This document shows, piece after piece, positions 1 to 12,154 of a DNA stretch of 64,000 nucleotides (position 1 is its first letter; every line of letters begins with the position of its first letter). The notes under the pieces were generated by a model. That model searched no databases. It saw only the letters and a program-made list of their open reading frames with translations, and was not told the origin of the DNA. This stretch comes from Amoebophrya sp. A120 (lineage: Eukaryota > Protista > Dinoflagellata), in NCBI GenBank assembly GCA_905178155.1, contig CAJINV010000003.1, positions 1,018,968 through 1,082,967 on the forward strand, given 5' to 3'. A program made the position numbers and the translations under genes.

Positions 1-871
1 TGCCAAAGGTCACGCACCGTTTCGCGTCGGGCAGCTGGCGTTGCTCGGTCGTGAGGTCCGCGACGGGCAGCCCGAGCTTGGCGCACAGATTGTCCACGAC
101 GCCCCCAAAGCACACCCCACTGACGTCACTGAATACCTGCCCGCAGGCCGCCGCCGTGAGGGTGGCGAGCCCGAGGTGGACGCCAATCGTGTTGTCGATC
201 AGGTCGCCGGCCTGGATCATGACCATGTTGTCCATGAACCCGAAACCGATCATGGGAACCGCACTGGACACGAACAACTTCCGCTTGTCGGCCGAGGTGA
301 CGTTTACTACTTTTGGTGCAGCCGGCCTAGTATCGCTGTGATGACCATCTTCGCCATTGTTGTTCCCCGGAAGCTTTTTTGGATCTTGCGACGACAGGAC
401 CACGTCCGACTCCGAGTTGCTTCCAACACCGTCGGAGGACAGCGCGTTCGCGTTAGTACTGACGGTTACACTAACGGTCTGGTTCTGTGCGGTGGGGTCG
501 GGTGAACAAGTACTAGGTCGCGCCGACGCTGCAGCGCTGCCCGCAGCTGCTGCGGCAAGATCCTTCAACTTCGTGCGCTGTTGCTCGGCGTTGCCTGCAG
601 TGGTGTTGCCATTGTGGACAATCGTAGGCGTCGACGCGAAGGGTCTTCGGTGGAATGTTCTTGTGTAAGTGACATTTGAAAGGGTTCTTTCAAATGAGAT
701 TCTTGTGCGATGCGGCGGCAGGAATGCAGTGGTTGCAAAAGTCAACGGTCGCGGGTTTTTCGTCGCCGCACCGGAAAGAGCCCCGAATGCCGCTCTCGTC
801 CCAAAGTTGTAGACCGCTGCCGAAGGAGTTCTAGAGGATGTGGTCCTGCGAATTGCCGATGACGTGAGCAT
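1..871 (-). CDS. TMEM65: TMEM65-family mitochondrial inner-membrane protein (3' end runs off window)
   Basis: Hand translation from ATG at 871 is open to the window edge: MLTSSAIRRTSSR (Arg/Ser-rich presequence-like) ... AVPMIGFGFMDNMVMIQAGDLIDNTIGVHLGLATLTAAACGQVFSDVSGVCFGGVVDNLCAKLGLP, matching the TMEM65 domain pattern. Absent from the ORF track because no stop lies in the window. Confidence 0.85.
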   Translation of the reverse strand, partial: MLTSSAIRRTTSSRTPSAAVYNFGTRAAFGALSGAATKNPRPLTFATTAFLPPHRTRISFERTLSNVTYTRTFHRRPFASTPTIVHNGNTTAGNAEQQRTKLKDLAAAAAGSAAASARPSTCSPDPTAQNQTVSVTVSTNANALSSDGVGSNSESDVVLSSQDPKKLPGNNNGEDGHHSDTRPAAPKVVNVTSADKRKLFVSSAVPMIGFGFMDNMVMIQAGDLIDNTIGVHLGLATLTAAACGQVFSDVSGVCFGGVVDNLCAKLGLPVADLTTEQRQLPDAKRCVTFG

Positions 872-1563
872 TTTGATTCGAGGTATAATAATTGAGATGC
901 AAAAATGTCCTGCACCTAGTTTTGAAAATGGTTTGTTTCCTTGGTGAAAGTGTCTGTGAGACTGAGATGACCCCTCGTCCCAAGAGTAACCTGCCCTTTT
1001 CAGGCCTGAAAATCCGTCTTTGTTTGCGGTGACGAAAAGAAAGAAGCAGACACAAGTACCTTGTCTTCCTGTGAGCATTGCGGTTGTGGATTTAGTTTTG
1101 TCGATTTGCATTTCTTCCAGTTTTGGCATTCTCATAGTTCTTTCGAGTATATGTCTTTTTTATCAGCAGCCTGCGTAAAAGAACAGGAAAAAACGTGAGA
1201 TTTTCCGCTCTTCTCTCCTCGTTGTCATGCAGCAGCAAAAAAGCGGCACAAAAAAACCACAGACATGAGACACAAACGGTTCTTTGTCTTTCTCCGAGAT
1301 AACCCAAATAGAAAGTAAAAAAACTAAATCTAAAAGCGCACCAGACACAAGCAAGTCAAAAAAAGCGGTTGTAATTCATAGGAGCACGCGATCGCGGTAT
1401 CTTCTGCGGCGCCCGAGCATCTTTACAAGCCTTGGCCTGAAGATTGTGATTCTTGTTCTTTCGATATCGATTCTTTATTTACTGTACTGAAAGGGATGCA
1501 CCAGCAACACAGATGTGCACATACCACGTTGAGTTTGTTCTTGCGTCACTGCAGGAGTTTTCA

Positions 1564-4500
1564 TCAATTGTTTTCCACGAGGTGGTATATTTTTCGTTGG
1601 TCATCCCACCGAAGCGACTCACTGAATGAGCACTCCTCGACGTTAGTACCTCCACCGCGCTGGCGGTTTTGCGCTGTCGGCGTGGCGGCGTGCGAAACGG
1701 GTCGGTTGGAAAAGGACACCGGGCCGTGGAGCGACGCGGTGGAGTTTGACCGAGCGAGCACGCGGCTCTTCGCTCTCTCCGCCATCGACACAGCAGGTCC
1801 TCGAGCACTGCCACTGCTCATGTTGTTTTCCTCCTTCTTTTCGACATGAGGCGGCTGGTCCCTAATTTCTATCCCGTTAGTCGTGTTTGCCTGTGGTTTA
1901 ACCGGCTGCGACGCTGGGGAGGAGAACCGTGAAGGTCGCTGCACGGGCGTGCTCCTTCTGCTCGTCCCAGCACTTGTTACAACCTCTTTCCCGACGAGCG
2001 GCGACAGGGTACATATTTTGCGAGTGCAAGAAGACGAGGCTTCTGCGGCCGCTGACCCCGCAGAAGCTGCAGGCCCGAACGGAGATGAGGAAGTGATGTG
2101 GCGCGTTGAAGACTTCGGACTCCGCAGAATGCCCATGTTCCCGCATTCCAGAGCGCGGCGACGGGGCGAAAGCGAGCCGGAGCATCCGCTCGGCGACGAC
2201 TCCGGCTGCCAGACTTTGATCTATCAAGTGCAAAAATATATGGGTCTGGAAGAGTGTAGACTTGTCATGCAGATTTTCCATGACCCATGAGGTCTGGAAT
2301 GCGGGACTTAGCATGACAGACTCTGCGAGGTCTCTGCCATGCCTATTCTGCATGAGAAACTCCGTTCCAACTTGATCAAAAGTGGACAGCTTTTGGCACT
2401 CATGCAACACAGATTTTTGCATGCTTCAGATTTACGATGACAAGTTGCAATCTTCCAGACCCAGATATTTTTGCAATTCATATGATCTTCATCTTCACCA
2501 TCTTCTCCACGTCGCGGTTCGTCGCGCGCACTGGCTTGGAGTTGGTCCCGCCACTGCGAAGATTTGCCACCGCTGCCCAGTCTTGTTTGGCGCTTTGTGA
2601 CGAGGAGCTCTTGGCAGCAGTATTTATTTTCCTTGCTTGCTTTTGGAGCTCGTCGTCCCTACCAGGAGCAGGTGGAAAGTAACTCAGAACAATCGTCTTC
2701 TGTTCGTGCTGTTCTGGAGCTTGTGGCCGCGACGCTTGACGTATGATCTGCCGCGTCGTCGTGCTAGGAACCGCTTCCACCAGTTGTGTCGAGTGTGCCG
2801 GCGGAGATGAGAACCGCGGGAGCGATACAGCTCTATCCAGTTGTGGGAGGTTCGGCGCAGACGGTCCACTAAGAAGGGATCGTTCCGGCACGGCCGCTGG
2901 AAACACACGCTGTGGAGTTGGAGAGGGCACGAGTGACGGCGTCTGTGGCTTCGGGACCAAGAGACGCATTTGCTCCACGCAACTGGGCAGGACACTCGCG
3001 TACTGCACGACTGGGCACGAAGGGGTGCGCTGCTGCACCGTGGCTTGATGCATGGCCGCCTTGGCAGCTTCTGTGGTCCCTATAGAATTACTCATCTGGT
3101 CGTAGTTTACTGTCATGTGCCGATGTAGTACCGCTTCCGATGTGGCGGTTGTGGTACTAGCACCAGCAGCTCCACCAAGCGAAACAATCGAAGGCTCTGT
3201 TTTGACGATCACCGGACCCACTCCGGGAGGCGGCGTCAAGCCCTTCGATGCCAAAGTCTGCATGTTTTCGCGGAACCCCGGACTCCGCAACTGCGGACAA
3301 CTCAAAGGCCTGGTCTGCAGCCGCCGTGATGTAGTGGGGCTCAACATGTTCGAGGAGGTAGTGCGAGTGCGACCGCGAGCTTGATGATTGTCCGCGTCCC
3401 CCTGCTGGACAAACGAACGATCTGTGGTGCCTGGCGGCGGTTCATCTGCAGCAGGCGCCTGGGGGTTTTTATTTCGCTGGACGGTTTGTTCAGAGGGATC
3501 CGGTGCGAACGACCCATCTGGAAAATCGTGTTGTTGTTCCAGCACTCCTTGGTCGGGAATGGCGGTCCTCTGCGGAGTCGGTACCACTGGCGCTTGATGC
3601 TGGATCTCCTGCTCCGCCATTCGTGCTGCGGTTCTTCGTGCTCCCGTAGCGGCATCCTGATGCCCTACTGCTACTTCACGAAGCGGATCTTGTGCTCGTT
3701 GTACCTCTGCAGTTGCGCGTCTATCTCCGGGCACACCAGGACCAGCTCCACCGGGTCGGAAACTACAAAAACTAGCCCTAGCGCCCTCACTGTTTACAAC
3801 TCCCGATGGTTCATTGACGTCGACAAGATTAAGTTGAGAGTTGGAAATTGTCGCAGTCAGGTCGAACAGGTCCGTCTCGTTTATCAACATGTTGCTGGTG
3901 TTCGGATTAGCGTGCTGGTGCCCACTCGACTCCGGAAGAACACCTTCGCCCGAAGACCGCGATGACGAGAAAGAGAAAGGGCCGCGCAGAAGCGGCGGCT
4001 CCTCCTCTGGTCGTTCGGCTTTTCCTCGCGAATTCTGTAGTTGTTCCTGCTTGCCGCGATTGTTGTCTGTCTGCGTTGTCGCGTAATTCGCTTGTGCAAT
4101 CCCGACAAATGGATTTTTCGTTTTATTTCCAGGAGGTGGCGACTTTCCCCTGCTCGCTACCGCCGCCGCCGGTTTGTTGCCCGGAGGCATCATCTCAACA
4201 TGTGCGGGCGTTCGCGTTGGGTCTACTTGCTCTTGAAGATGATCATCAAGTCCAACATCCTCCCGCTCGTTTCCCGGCGGTTGGCCTGCAGCTGCTGCAC
4301 CCATCTGGTCCACAATGAACGTGGACTCGTCGTTTATCAATCCGAGCAAATCGTCCGGCTCATCATCATGACCCCCGCATGGCTGCTTCATTTCTGGACT
4401 CTGTTCCTGCCCTTCTTGTCGCCCACAACTTCCCTCGTCCAGGGAGATCATCCGCCCGGCGGGGGCAAAGCAAGCAGTTGTGACAGGACTAGGCTCGCGC

Positions 4501-6637
4501 ATGGGTACAGGCTTCACGCGCTCTACCTCTTCGCACGATTGGACGCGCACCAGGCCGCTTTTCTTGTTCTGCAAGCGGTTCACGAGCGCTTCAATCCGGT
4601 CGATCACCCCGCCAAGATGATTGCCCTGGAGAAAATGAAAAATGTAACGCGCAGATGAAAATCATATATCATGGTGCTCATGCATCTCAAAGCGGAAATG
4701 AAAACGAAAAGGGCCGATAAATCAAATCAAAGGGCGCTGGCGCTCGAATTCGAAAAGAAAGTTTTTATTACGTACTTCTAGAAGAAAGATGACATCACAC
4801 CTGAGGCTCCTCTCTCGTCTCCGCCGTTGCTACACTACCCACAGGTGCCAGTGACTTGCTAGGCTCTGCGGTTGAAGTTGTGGTACTGGGACTGGGAAGA
4901 AAGGTCGTGCGCGCCGCTGCAGCCACAGACGGCGCGGCCCCGGTCAAGCGCTCGGAAAGTGGCCGGAAAAACTCTTCCTCGGTGTATATCACCTTGATGA
5001 CGTCATCGTCGACTGTCGTCCCAAGTCTAGCAGGATCGGCGTGATCGAAAACTGTTGGGAAGCGACTCTCTCCTGCCGGTTTTTGGCAAGGCTCTTGTTC
5101 CTGCGGATCGAAAGCCTGAGCGCGCTGCATATGTTCTGCTTGAGCTTGTGCTTCTCCAGTCGATATTGCCGCTGCGTCATGATCAGAAGCACCATGCGAA
5201 AACATCATCGCTGACTCAGGATTAGCACCACTATTACCGGTCTTGTTCGGCGTCAAACAGGACTGCAGCGCCGCACTTTGCAGGTCGATCAAAGTTGCCT
5301 GCTGCTCTTTTTGCAGGACTAGATTCCGATGCTCGAGCTCCTTCAGACGCTGAAACAAGGAGGCGCTCTTCGTGCGGTGCGGCTCGTCGGGATCTTCTTC
5401 AACTGCGTCGCTGCCTGCCACTTGATCAGGATCATCAGCATTTTCTTTTCTACCAGGCAGAAACGCCGACCTCCTTCTCTCGTGCCGCTCCACCAGCACA
5501 GGCGGCGGTAGGCGCTGGTAGCTCTGACTCGAGCTCGACGCAGGGCGATGAACCTGCATGCCTGATGGGGGTCGGCGTCCATCTCCACGCAGCCGCGAAT
5601 TGTAGTGATGCCTACGCGAAGATGTCGATCCTCTTGATGACGCAGTGGACGTCGGCAGCACCGCGTGGCTCGTCGAAGAAAAAGCGTCGCGTCGTGGTGG
5701 GTTATAGGAAAAATTCTGTCGATCGTAGAAATTCTCGTCCACTGGCGTGTTGTTTTCGAGCGGGGTTATCGCCCCAGCATCGTGTTCCCGCTGCCAGGGA
5801 CTTTCCGCCGGGACCTGTGTGCTGACAACGGTACTGTTGCTGACAATGCGGCGCTGTTTTTCGTGCAGGCGGGGGAAACCCTCTGAAGGCGAGTTACTGC
5901 TCCTTGCACGAGGACCTTCGTGGTTCTTGTACGACGTCCCCATTTTCGTGGGGGTGTCCAGGAAGGTTCGCACAATCGCCGCTTCATCATCGAACAGCAC
6001 GTGGGCAGCTTTGTTTTCCCGTGGCGGAGACGTTGCTTTCCGCAAAATGCCATTCGTCGATGTGCTGCCAAAGCTCTGCTGCGAGGCGGTCCGCCTTCTT
6101 TGTAGTTGTTGAAGCGCACAACTCCGAGATGAAACCTCGTTGCCTGTGCTCGTGCCGCCCTGTGGTGAAGATGAAAAAATGTTGAAAATTCGCTCTGTTG
6201 CTGAAGATGCTGAGGAAAACCTAAGTAGACATCGTTTGTATGTGTAATAGTAATTCATCTAACTACTTGATGCATACAAACGCAGCAAAGTACAGACGTG
6301 AGACTGATGAATTGAAAATTATTACCGAACTTAGTACGCTGTCCGATTTTATGCGACGTTTGCGCAGAGCAATCATTGCCAACTCTTGCCGCATACGCTG
6401 TATTTCCGCAAGGACGTCGGCTTTCGATTCTCCCTCTTCATGGTTGTGCTGTTCAAGTAGGCCAGCGGACGGAGTAGACGGGCTTCCGTTATTTCGAGCA
6501 GCACGGAAGGCAGGTTGATCCGCATGATCATTCCCCGCTGCAGCTGGCGTCCTCACTACACGCCGGCGTGGGCTGGGAAGCTTCCGCCCAAGCAAACTGC
6601 CCGAGGAAGCGGATCGGGCGACTGAGCCTTGCTCCAT
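1564..6637 (-). CDS. Large low-complexity/disordered hypothetical protein, multi-exon
   Basis: ORFs 4795..6258, 2478..4607 and 1564..2136 join in frame via GT-AG intron 4626-4800 (EEPQ|GNHLGG) and removal of the TIR element 2222-2482 (KMKI|KVWQPE). The link to ORF 6263..6637 and the true start are unresolved. Confidence 0.65.
2222..2482. mobile_element. Introner-like TIR element, family A
   Basis: Left TATCAAGTGCAAAAATATATGGGTCTGGAAG, right CTTCCAGACCCAGATATTTTTGCAATTCATA. TGATC direct repeat at 2217-2221 and 2483-2487. Excision restores the frame. Confidence 0.92.
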
Positions 6638-7748
6638 TTTTGCGAATGACGAATGCCTTTACTGCGAACACAATAGTAGGTTCGTCTATTACTGAAGAGG
6701 ACGATTTTCCGAATGATACCCTGGGTCGATTAATATGCTGCCTGCTTTGAGAATGGACAATGAATCAAGTAAGCCTAAGCACTAGATATCTTCGACGGGA
6801 GGTGATTGGCATCACTGCATCTTGTTGCTCTATTGAATCCTGCACGAGTCGAAAGAGGCCGCTTAAAAACTTTGTCTTGTTTTGGTGCTCTTCACAGAAT
6901 AAACCGTTCACAACTTCTCTGATCGCTCGTCGCACGAAAAAAGAAAAACGCGTTCCGTCGTTTCTGTCTCAGTATCTACTCCGAATTGATTGATACTCCA
7001 AAACCAAAACCAAAACCAGACCGAAATGCAAGCAACAAGCTTGAAGAACTTCTCCATCGCGTCTGGACGCAGCTTTTGTCTTCCGGTTCCTCTTTCTCGT
7101 TGAGAGAGGAAAAAACAATGCCTTGAGCGGAAGCAGATGATAAACCAAAACGGAATACAACGAACACACCGAGATGAACAACCCGGCGGGTAAAAAAGAA
7201 GTGCTTGGATCGCAAGGGCTACCGGGGCAGACCCTTGTGTTGTAAGGCATTGCATACAGCAACACCTTCTGTTCCGCTGTGGCACGACAGTTCTGAAGTG
7301 TATTGAGCCTGCCATGTTGCTCCATCCCACAGTGAAGTGTTTTGTCAGAGCTGCGCCGCTGCGCCAGCTCTATGGAAAGAATGTGCTGGATGCACCAGCA
7401 AAGCATGATGCAAAGTACATCGACTCCAGCATTGCACCTCGTCCACTTCGAACTGCATGAACTTCCTCGATCTTATTCGTGTGTGTCGTAGTCGTGTGGT
7501 CCGTATAAACCGAGGGCGTTCCGCTTCCACTTCCGTGTTCCGTCGCTTGCGCTGCAGCTCGCCGCCGTCCCATTCCGCCGTCCTCACTGCAGTCTAGTTG
7601 CAAGAACACTCCTTGTAGGCAAGAAACGTAGGCACGACAAATTGCCGCAATTTTACCTACCCATGGTTCGTCGCCACCCCGCCTGCAGCCGGGCAGTTTC
7701 TGCTGCATTCTCTGCGGCAACAGGCAGCTGCTTTCAGGCCGTTGCAGA

Positions 7749-10700
7749 TCAGTTACCGGTATTACTTCCACCTGAGGAGCTAGATGAAGAAGGGCCCATC
7801 ATCTGCTGCTGCACCGGGGAAACGAGCGGCTGCACATCAGACGGCGTCGCGGCCTGATTGTGTGAAGATACTTCTATCCCACGACCTCTCGAGGACGACG
7901 CCGCAGACGAGGAGGAAGACCAGGGGGCGTACAGATTGTGCTCCCCCTCTTCCGTCATGAATGCCGGCTCTGGCGGGGTCCCACTCCCGCTGCCGGCCGG
8001 CTGGGACGAATGGTGCGACATCATACCCTCGTCCTGGTCGGAACTACCTGCTTCCTCGTCGGACTCCTCCTCTTCTTCGTTCTCCTCCTTCACCTCCTCA
8101 AGGTCTTGCTCCCAGGGGGCGACCAGGCGCAAGTTCTTGGTGTACTTTCCCTCCACCTTCACCTGTACCTTGGTGTCGCGGTTGTGCCAGTAGAGTTGCT
8201 TCGTCCGCGGGTCCGCAAACAACAGCCAGCGCCGCCCGAACTGGGCCTGTTTGGCCTTCTTCACGATAAGCAGGTCCTCCTTGGAGAGGGAACTCGTTTT
8301 ACCGGTTGACAAGGACTCCAGATCCATAGAGTCTTGGATGGCTGTTGTATGGGAATTTGAATTTCTTTTGTGCTCTATATCAGATTGACAACTAAAGCGC
8401 TTTATTGAATCTCGAAACTCGGCAAACTTCTATGGCGTGCTCGTGATGACGCGACTAGAATACCAAACAGATACAACTAGTCCTCATTCCAAACAGATAC
8501 AACAATCTCCACAACAACATACCCAAAGGTCCCTCGTGCGTGACGATTTGCTGCCCCCGGGTGTCTTCGATGGCGTGCGGGAGGCTGTCCCCTTGATCCT
8601 CCAACGCGGGCGCAACTTTCGATCTGTCCTTCTTCGTCTTGCTCTTGGGCGACATCATGGCGTTTTCCAAAAACATGGTCGCAGCGGCCTTCATCGTGTC
8701 TTCTTTGACGGCTTTCTGCGTGACCTCCAACTCCTTTTCCCGTTTTTGCTGCTCCGTCTTCACAATCACGGTCATGCGGTTCACGCGCTCGGTGTAGTCG
8801 TACTCGCCGCAGACCCAGGGGAGAAAGAGCACCACGTGCGCCAGGTGCCGCAGCCACTGCTTGTAGTCCGCCCACGTGTAAGTCCGGATCACCTGCACAA
8901 AATACAAGAAGCCGTTGGTCGCGTCGCCCCGCTCCGGGAGGTCCGGGGGCGGGGGCACCAGGTCCTTGATGCGCTGCGGCGGCGGCGCCTATCAAATGTA
9001 AAAATGTCTGGGTCTGGAAGAATGCAACTTGTGATGCTGCATTTGGATTCCAGAACAATCTGTATTGCATGAGTACCAAACGGAATGTAATTTTTGCTAC
9101 GTGGAGAGAGCATTTGTCATGCGGAATAGGCATCAGGAAGCTCTCAAAAAATCTGTGATGCTAGGGCATGCATCACAGACATCAGGGCTCATGCAAAACG
9201 TGCATGACAAGTGTCAGAATCTTCCAGACCCAGACATTTTTACAGTTGATAGCGCCACCTGGTACTCGATGCTGTCGGGCTCCTATCGCAAGAAAAAAGC
9301 GTTACAGTTACACACTGTCATGCAAGACTGGCAACAGGAACAACCTTTCTCATGCAGGAAATGCTTCGGAGCCTCGTTTCCTTCCTGTTTTCCCTTATGA
9401 TCTTCGCATTACAAGTTTTCTCGGCAACACAGAGAAAATTTGTGATGCAGAAACTCCAACAAATGTGTAACTGCAACACTTTTTTCTCGTGATAGCTCCC
9501 CGTCCTCCCCCGGCTTGAAGATCGGGCGCAGCCGCTTCCGCCGCAGCATGGTGCTCCACCGCATCACCAGCCCCGGGTAGGCGTAGCCGCTCTGCCGCTC
9601 GGGCATCAGACCCGCCTCGCTGTAGGTGTCGATCTGCAAAGTGAAGAACATCTGCAGGAACGCGGGGCCGAAACACGGACAGCACAGACAGCTGCAGTGG
9701 TACCGCAGCCAGAAGAACCAGTAGCCCCGCTCCTGCCGCTGGTTTTTCGCCAGCAGAAAGTGGTTGTGCGGCACGCGGTTGCAGGGACAGAAAAAGAACT
9801 GCCACGGGAGCACGGACGCGGCATCCATGGAGGGGTTCACGATGAAGATCTGGTAGTACACAAACGCCGAAATCATGTAAAGGAGAAGAAAGAGAAAAAC
9901 CAGAAACAGAATGATCGTCAGCATGGTCTGGGCGTGCATATCGTCCTCGTCGAAGCTCTGTGTAGTATGTGTTGATGTTGAGTGAAGGTTTGAAATGGGT
10001 TGCTAAACTGCGGTTTTTCACACTGCTGGCATGATCAAAGCAACGAAGAAGGACGAGCACAAGCCGCAAATCCAAATGCATATAAAGATAAAGGCGGTGA
10101 AGTGGATATCGTCCTGTTTTACATACGTACTAATACCTGTCCCAGCGCGAGAACGGAGTCCCGAATGGTCGGATCTATGGTCGTCGTCAGCGTCTGCGCC
10201 GCCGCCTCCAGCTGTGGCACTACCAGGGTGACTTCCAACGGCACCATCCCCTCGCGGGTCCAGATCAACGCGTGCAGGTGCGACCGGATGAGCTGCTCGG
10301 TTTGCTCCACCTCGATGAAGGAAATGCCCCCGATGACCTCGAAGGTGACGCGCACGGCAAGATACCCGTGGGACAAGTTGATTTCATCCCCGCCGGACAC
10401 GAGATTCAGAATGGTGTTGGAATCCAGCGTCATCATGTCCTGCAGGTCCAGTCCCCCCGCGAGCCCGGTGCCCGTGACCACGTTCTCCACGGTCATCTCC
10501 AGCACGTAGGCGCGCAGGTGAAACACGTGCGTCCGCATCACCGCCTCCAGGTCGTAGTAGAACGGACTCATCTGCCGGATCACGCTGCCGTCCGGGCGGG
10601 TGATCAGCGTCACCTTCTGCATCTTGGCCGCGATCTCCTCGGCCCGGGTCGCCAAACCCATCTCGGTGCGCATCCACAAGTTCAGGTCGCCCAGCACGTT

Positions 10701-12154
10701 CGCGCCCGTGGCGGCGGAGGAGATGATCGCGCCGCCCGGGGGCGGCAGGTTCATACTCCGGATGATCTCGCTGGTCGGCGACCAGGAAGATATCAGCGGG
10801 TTTTCCTGCTCGCAGTAGAACCGCACGCGGAAAATCCACTTCTTCCCGGGATCCATATCCTTCACCGCGCACCGCTCCGGCCGGCACTCGCCGTCCAGCT
10901 TCCGGCCCCGGGCCAGCCGCCAGGAGTAGGAACTCGCGCCGAGCACGTACTCGGCGTACTGGGCGTCCCAGCCGAGGAAGCCGTCGCAGTAGCAGTAGCT
11001 GTTCAGCTCCCCCTGGTCCTTCAGCGTGTACAGCGTGCAGTCTTTCGTGACCGGATCGTAGGTGATAGAGCGGCACTGCTTCATGCCCGCCTGGTAACAC
11101 AAATGCTTGCAGTCGGCGAGTTTCGCCACGTTTTGGTGAAGTGTGAGAAGTTGTCGGCGGTGGGAATCTTCTTTAATAAACGGGTTTGATGTAGTTACCG
11201 TCCCAGAGGCGCCGGGAAGATTCTGCTGTTCATGTTCGGCCAAAATGTTGGTGACTTTCTTTTTCTCGAAAAGCTCTTCGCAGCCCGGTTCGTCAAGCCG
11301 CGAACATTTGCCGTTGCTCAGGGCTTGTGCCCGTTCGAATTCGCTCTGCCCCAAAGGCGGGCGAAGCTGTTTCGCCATCTGTTGCGCCAACGGGTGCAGC
11401 TGGCGACTCGAGTGGAGAAGCTCTGCATTGGCATCCAGTTCTTCGCTACTTTTTTCAGAAGCAGTGACACCAGTTGTTGGAAGTGGTCGCTCTGGTAGTG
11501 TGACTTGATCGGAGGTGGTGTCCCCGAGTTGTAGACTTCGCAGAGTTGTTGTATTTACGGTAGCATTATCAAATGCAAAAGTGTCTGGGTCTGGAAGAAT
11601 TCACGTTTGTCATGCTTGTCTGGCATGACTCTTAAATGTAAATCTGTCATGCACGTTACCCAAGAGCTCCGTTTTTCTGTGATGCAGAAGCGCAGTTTGT
11701 CATGCAGAATAGGCAACACCTAGGAGCTCAGAAACTTGTCATGCTGAGCCAGCACTTGTGGCCGCCTCATGATAAGCCAACCAGCATCACAAGTTCCCAG
11801 ACCCAGACATTTTTACACTTGATAAGCATTTACCGTGCTCACAGTCCAGCACGCGTCGTCGTTGAAGCTTATGGCTATGATGTCGTACTTCGGGACCGTG
11901 TGCAGCCATGGCTGCGTTGCGGGCCAGGTGTTCACACCCGCGGCGGATGGCGCCGGCTTTGGTGGCCAGGGGTTTAACACGGGGGGAAATGGAGGGTGGG
12001 TAGTCGTGCCCGGAGCCGTCGTCGGCGGCTCGGGGGTGGTTGCCGCGGTGGTGGGAGGGGCGGTGGTACCAGCATCTTCTTGAGCATGAACGTGTACCAG
12101 GATCCGTGTAGTCCCCTCGAGCCACAACAGCGCCCGCAGCATGTTGAAGATCAT
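7749..12154 (-). CDS. Type I membrane protein: Thr/Pro stalk, PAN/apple-like and FN3-like ectodomain, TM helix, Cys-rich juxtamembrane region, WW-like cytoplasmic motif
   Basis: In-frame join of ORFs 11813..12154, 10119..11390, 9409..9939, a microexon (9252-9283), 8455..8958 and 7749..8327, using three TIR elements and GT-AG introns 9958-10136 and 8375-8522. Motifs: CKHLCYQAGMKQCRSITYDPVTKDCTLY, WIFRVRFY...SSWSPTS, LTIILFLVFLFLLLYMISAFVYY, WLLFADPRTKQLYWHNRDTK. Confidence 0.72.
8990..9251. mobile_element. Introner-like TIR element, family A
   Basis: TATCAAATGTAAAAATGTCTGGGTCTGGAAG ... CTTCCAGACCCAGACATTTTTACAGTTGATA. GCGCC repeat at 8985-8989 and 9252-9256. Join reads IEYQVA|PPPQRIKDL. Confidence 0.93.
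9284..9494. mobile_element. Introner-like TIR element (TATCGCAAGAAAAAAG type)
   Basis: TATCGCAAGAAAAAAGCGTTACAGTTACACA ... TGTGTAACTGCAACACTTTTTTCTCGTGATA. GCTCC repeat at 9279-9283 and 9495-9499. Join reads GEDGE|PDSIEY. Confidence 0.92.
11567..11824. mobile_element. Introner-like TIR element, family A
   Basis: TATCAAATGCAAAAGTGTCTGGGTCTGGAAG ... CCAGACCCAGACATTTTTACACTTGATA. AGCAT repeat at 11562-11566 and 11825-11829. Join reads STVNA|TVNTTTL. Confidence 0.93.

Noticed and set aside
673-696. Inverted repeat CATTTGAAAG...CTTTCAAATG
   Set aside because: Short, inside the open TMEM65 frame, with no flanking duplication; probably chance.
2222-2482. Assigning the TIR elements to a named transposon superfamily
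   Set aside because: No transposase is encoded in the window; TAT...ATA ends and a 5-bp duplication alone are insufficient.
10272-11189. Long plus-strand ORFs antisense to genes (also 40892..41770, 47501..48250)
   Set aside because: Shadows of GC3-rich minus-strand coding sequence with no recognisable motifs.
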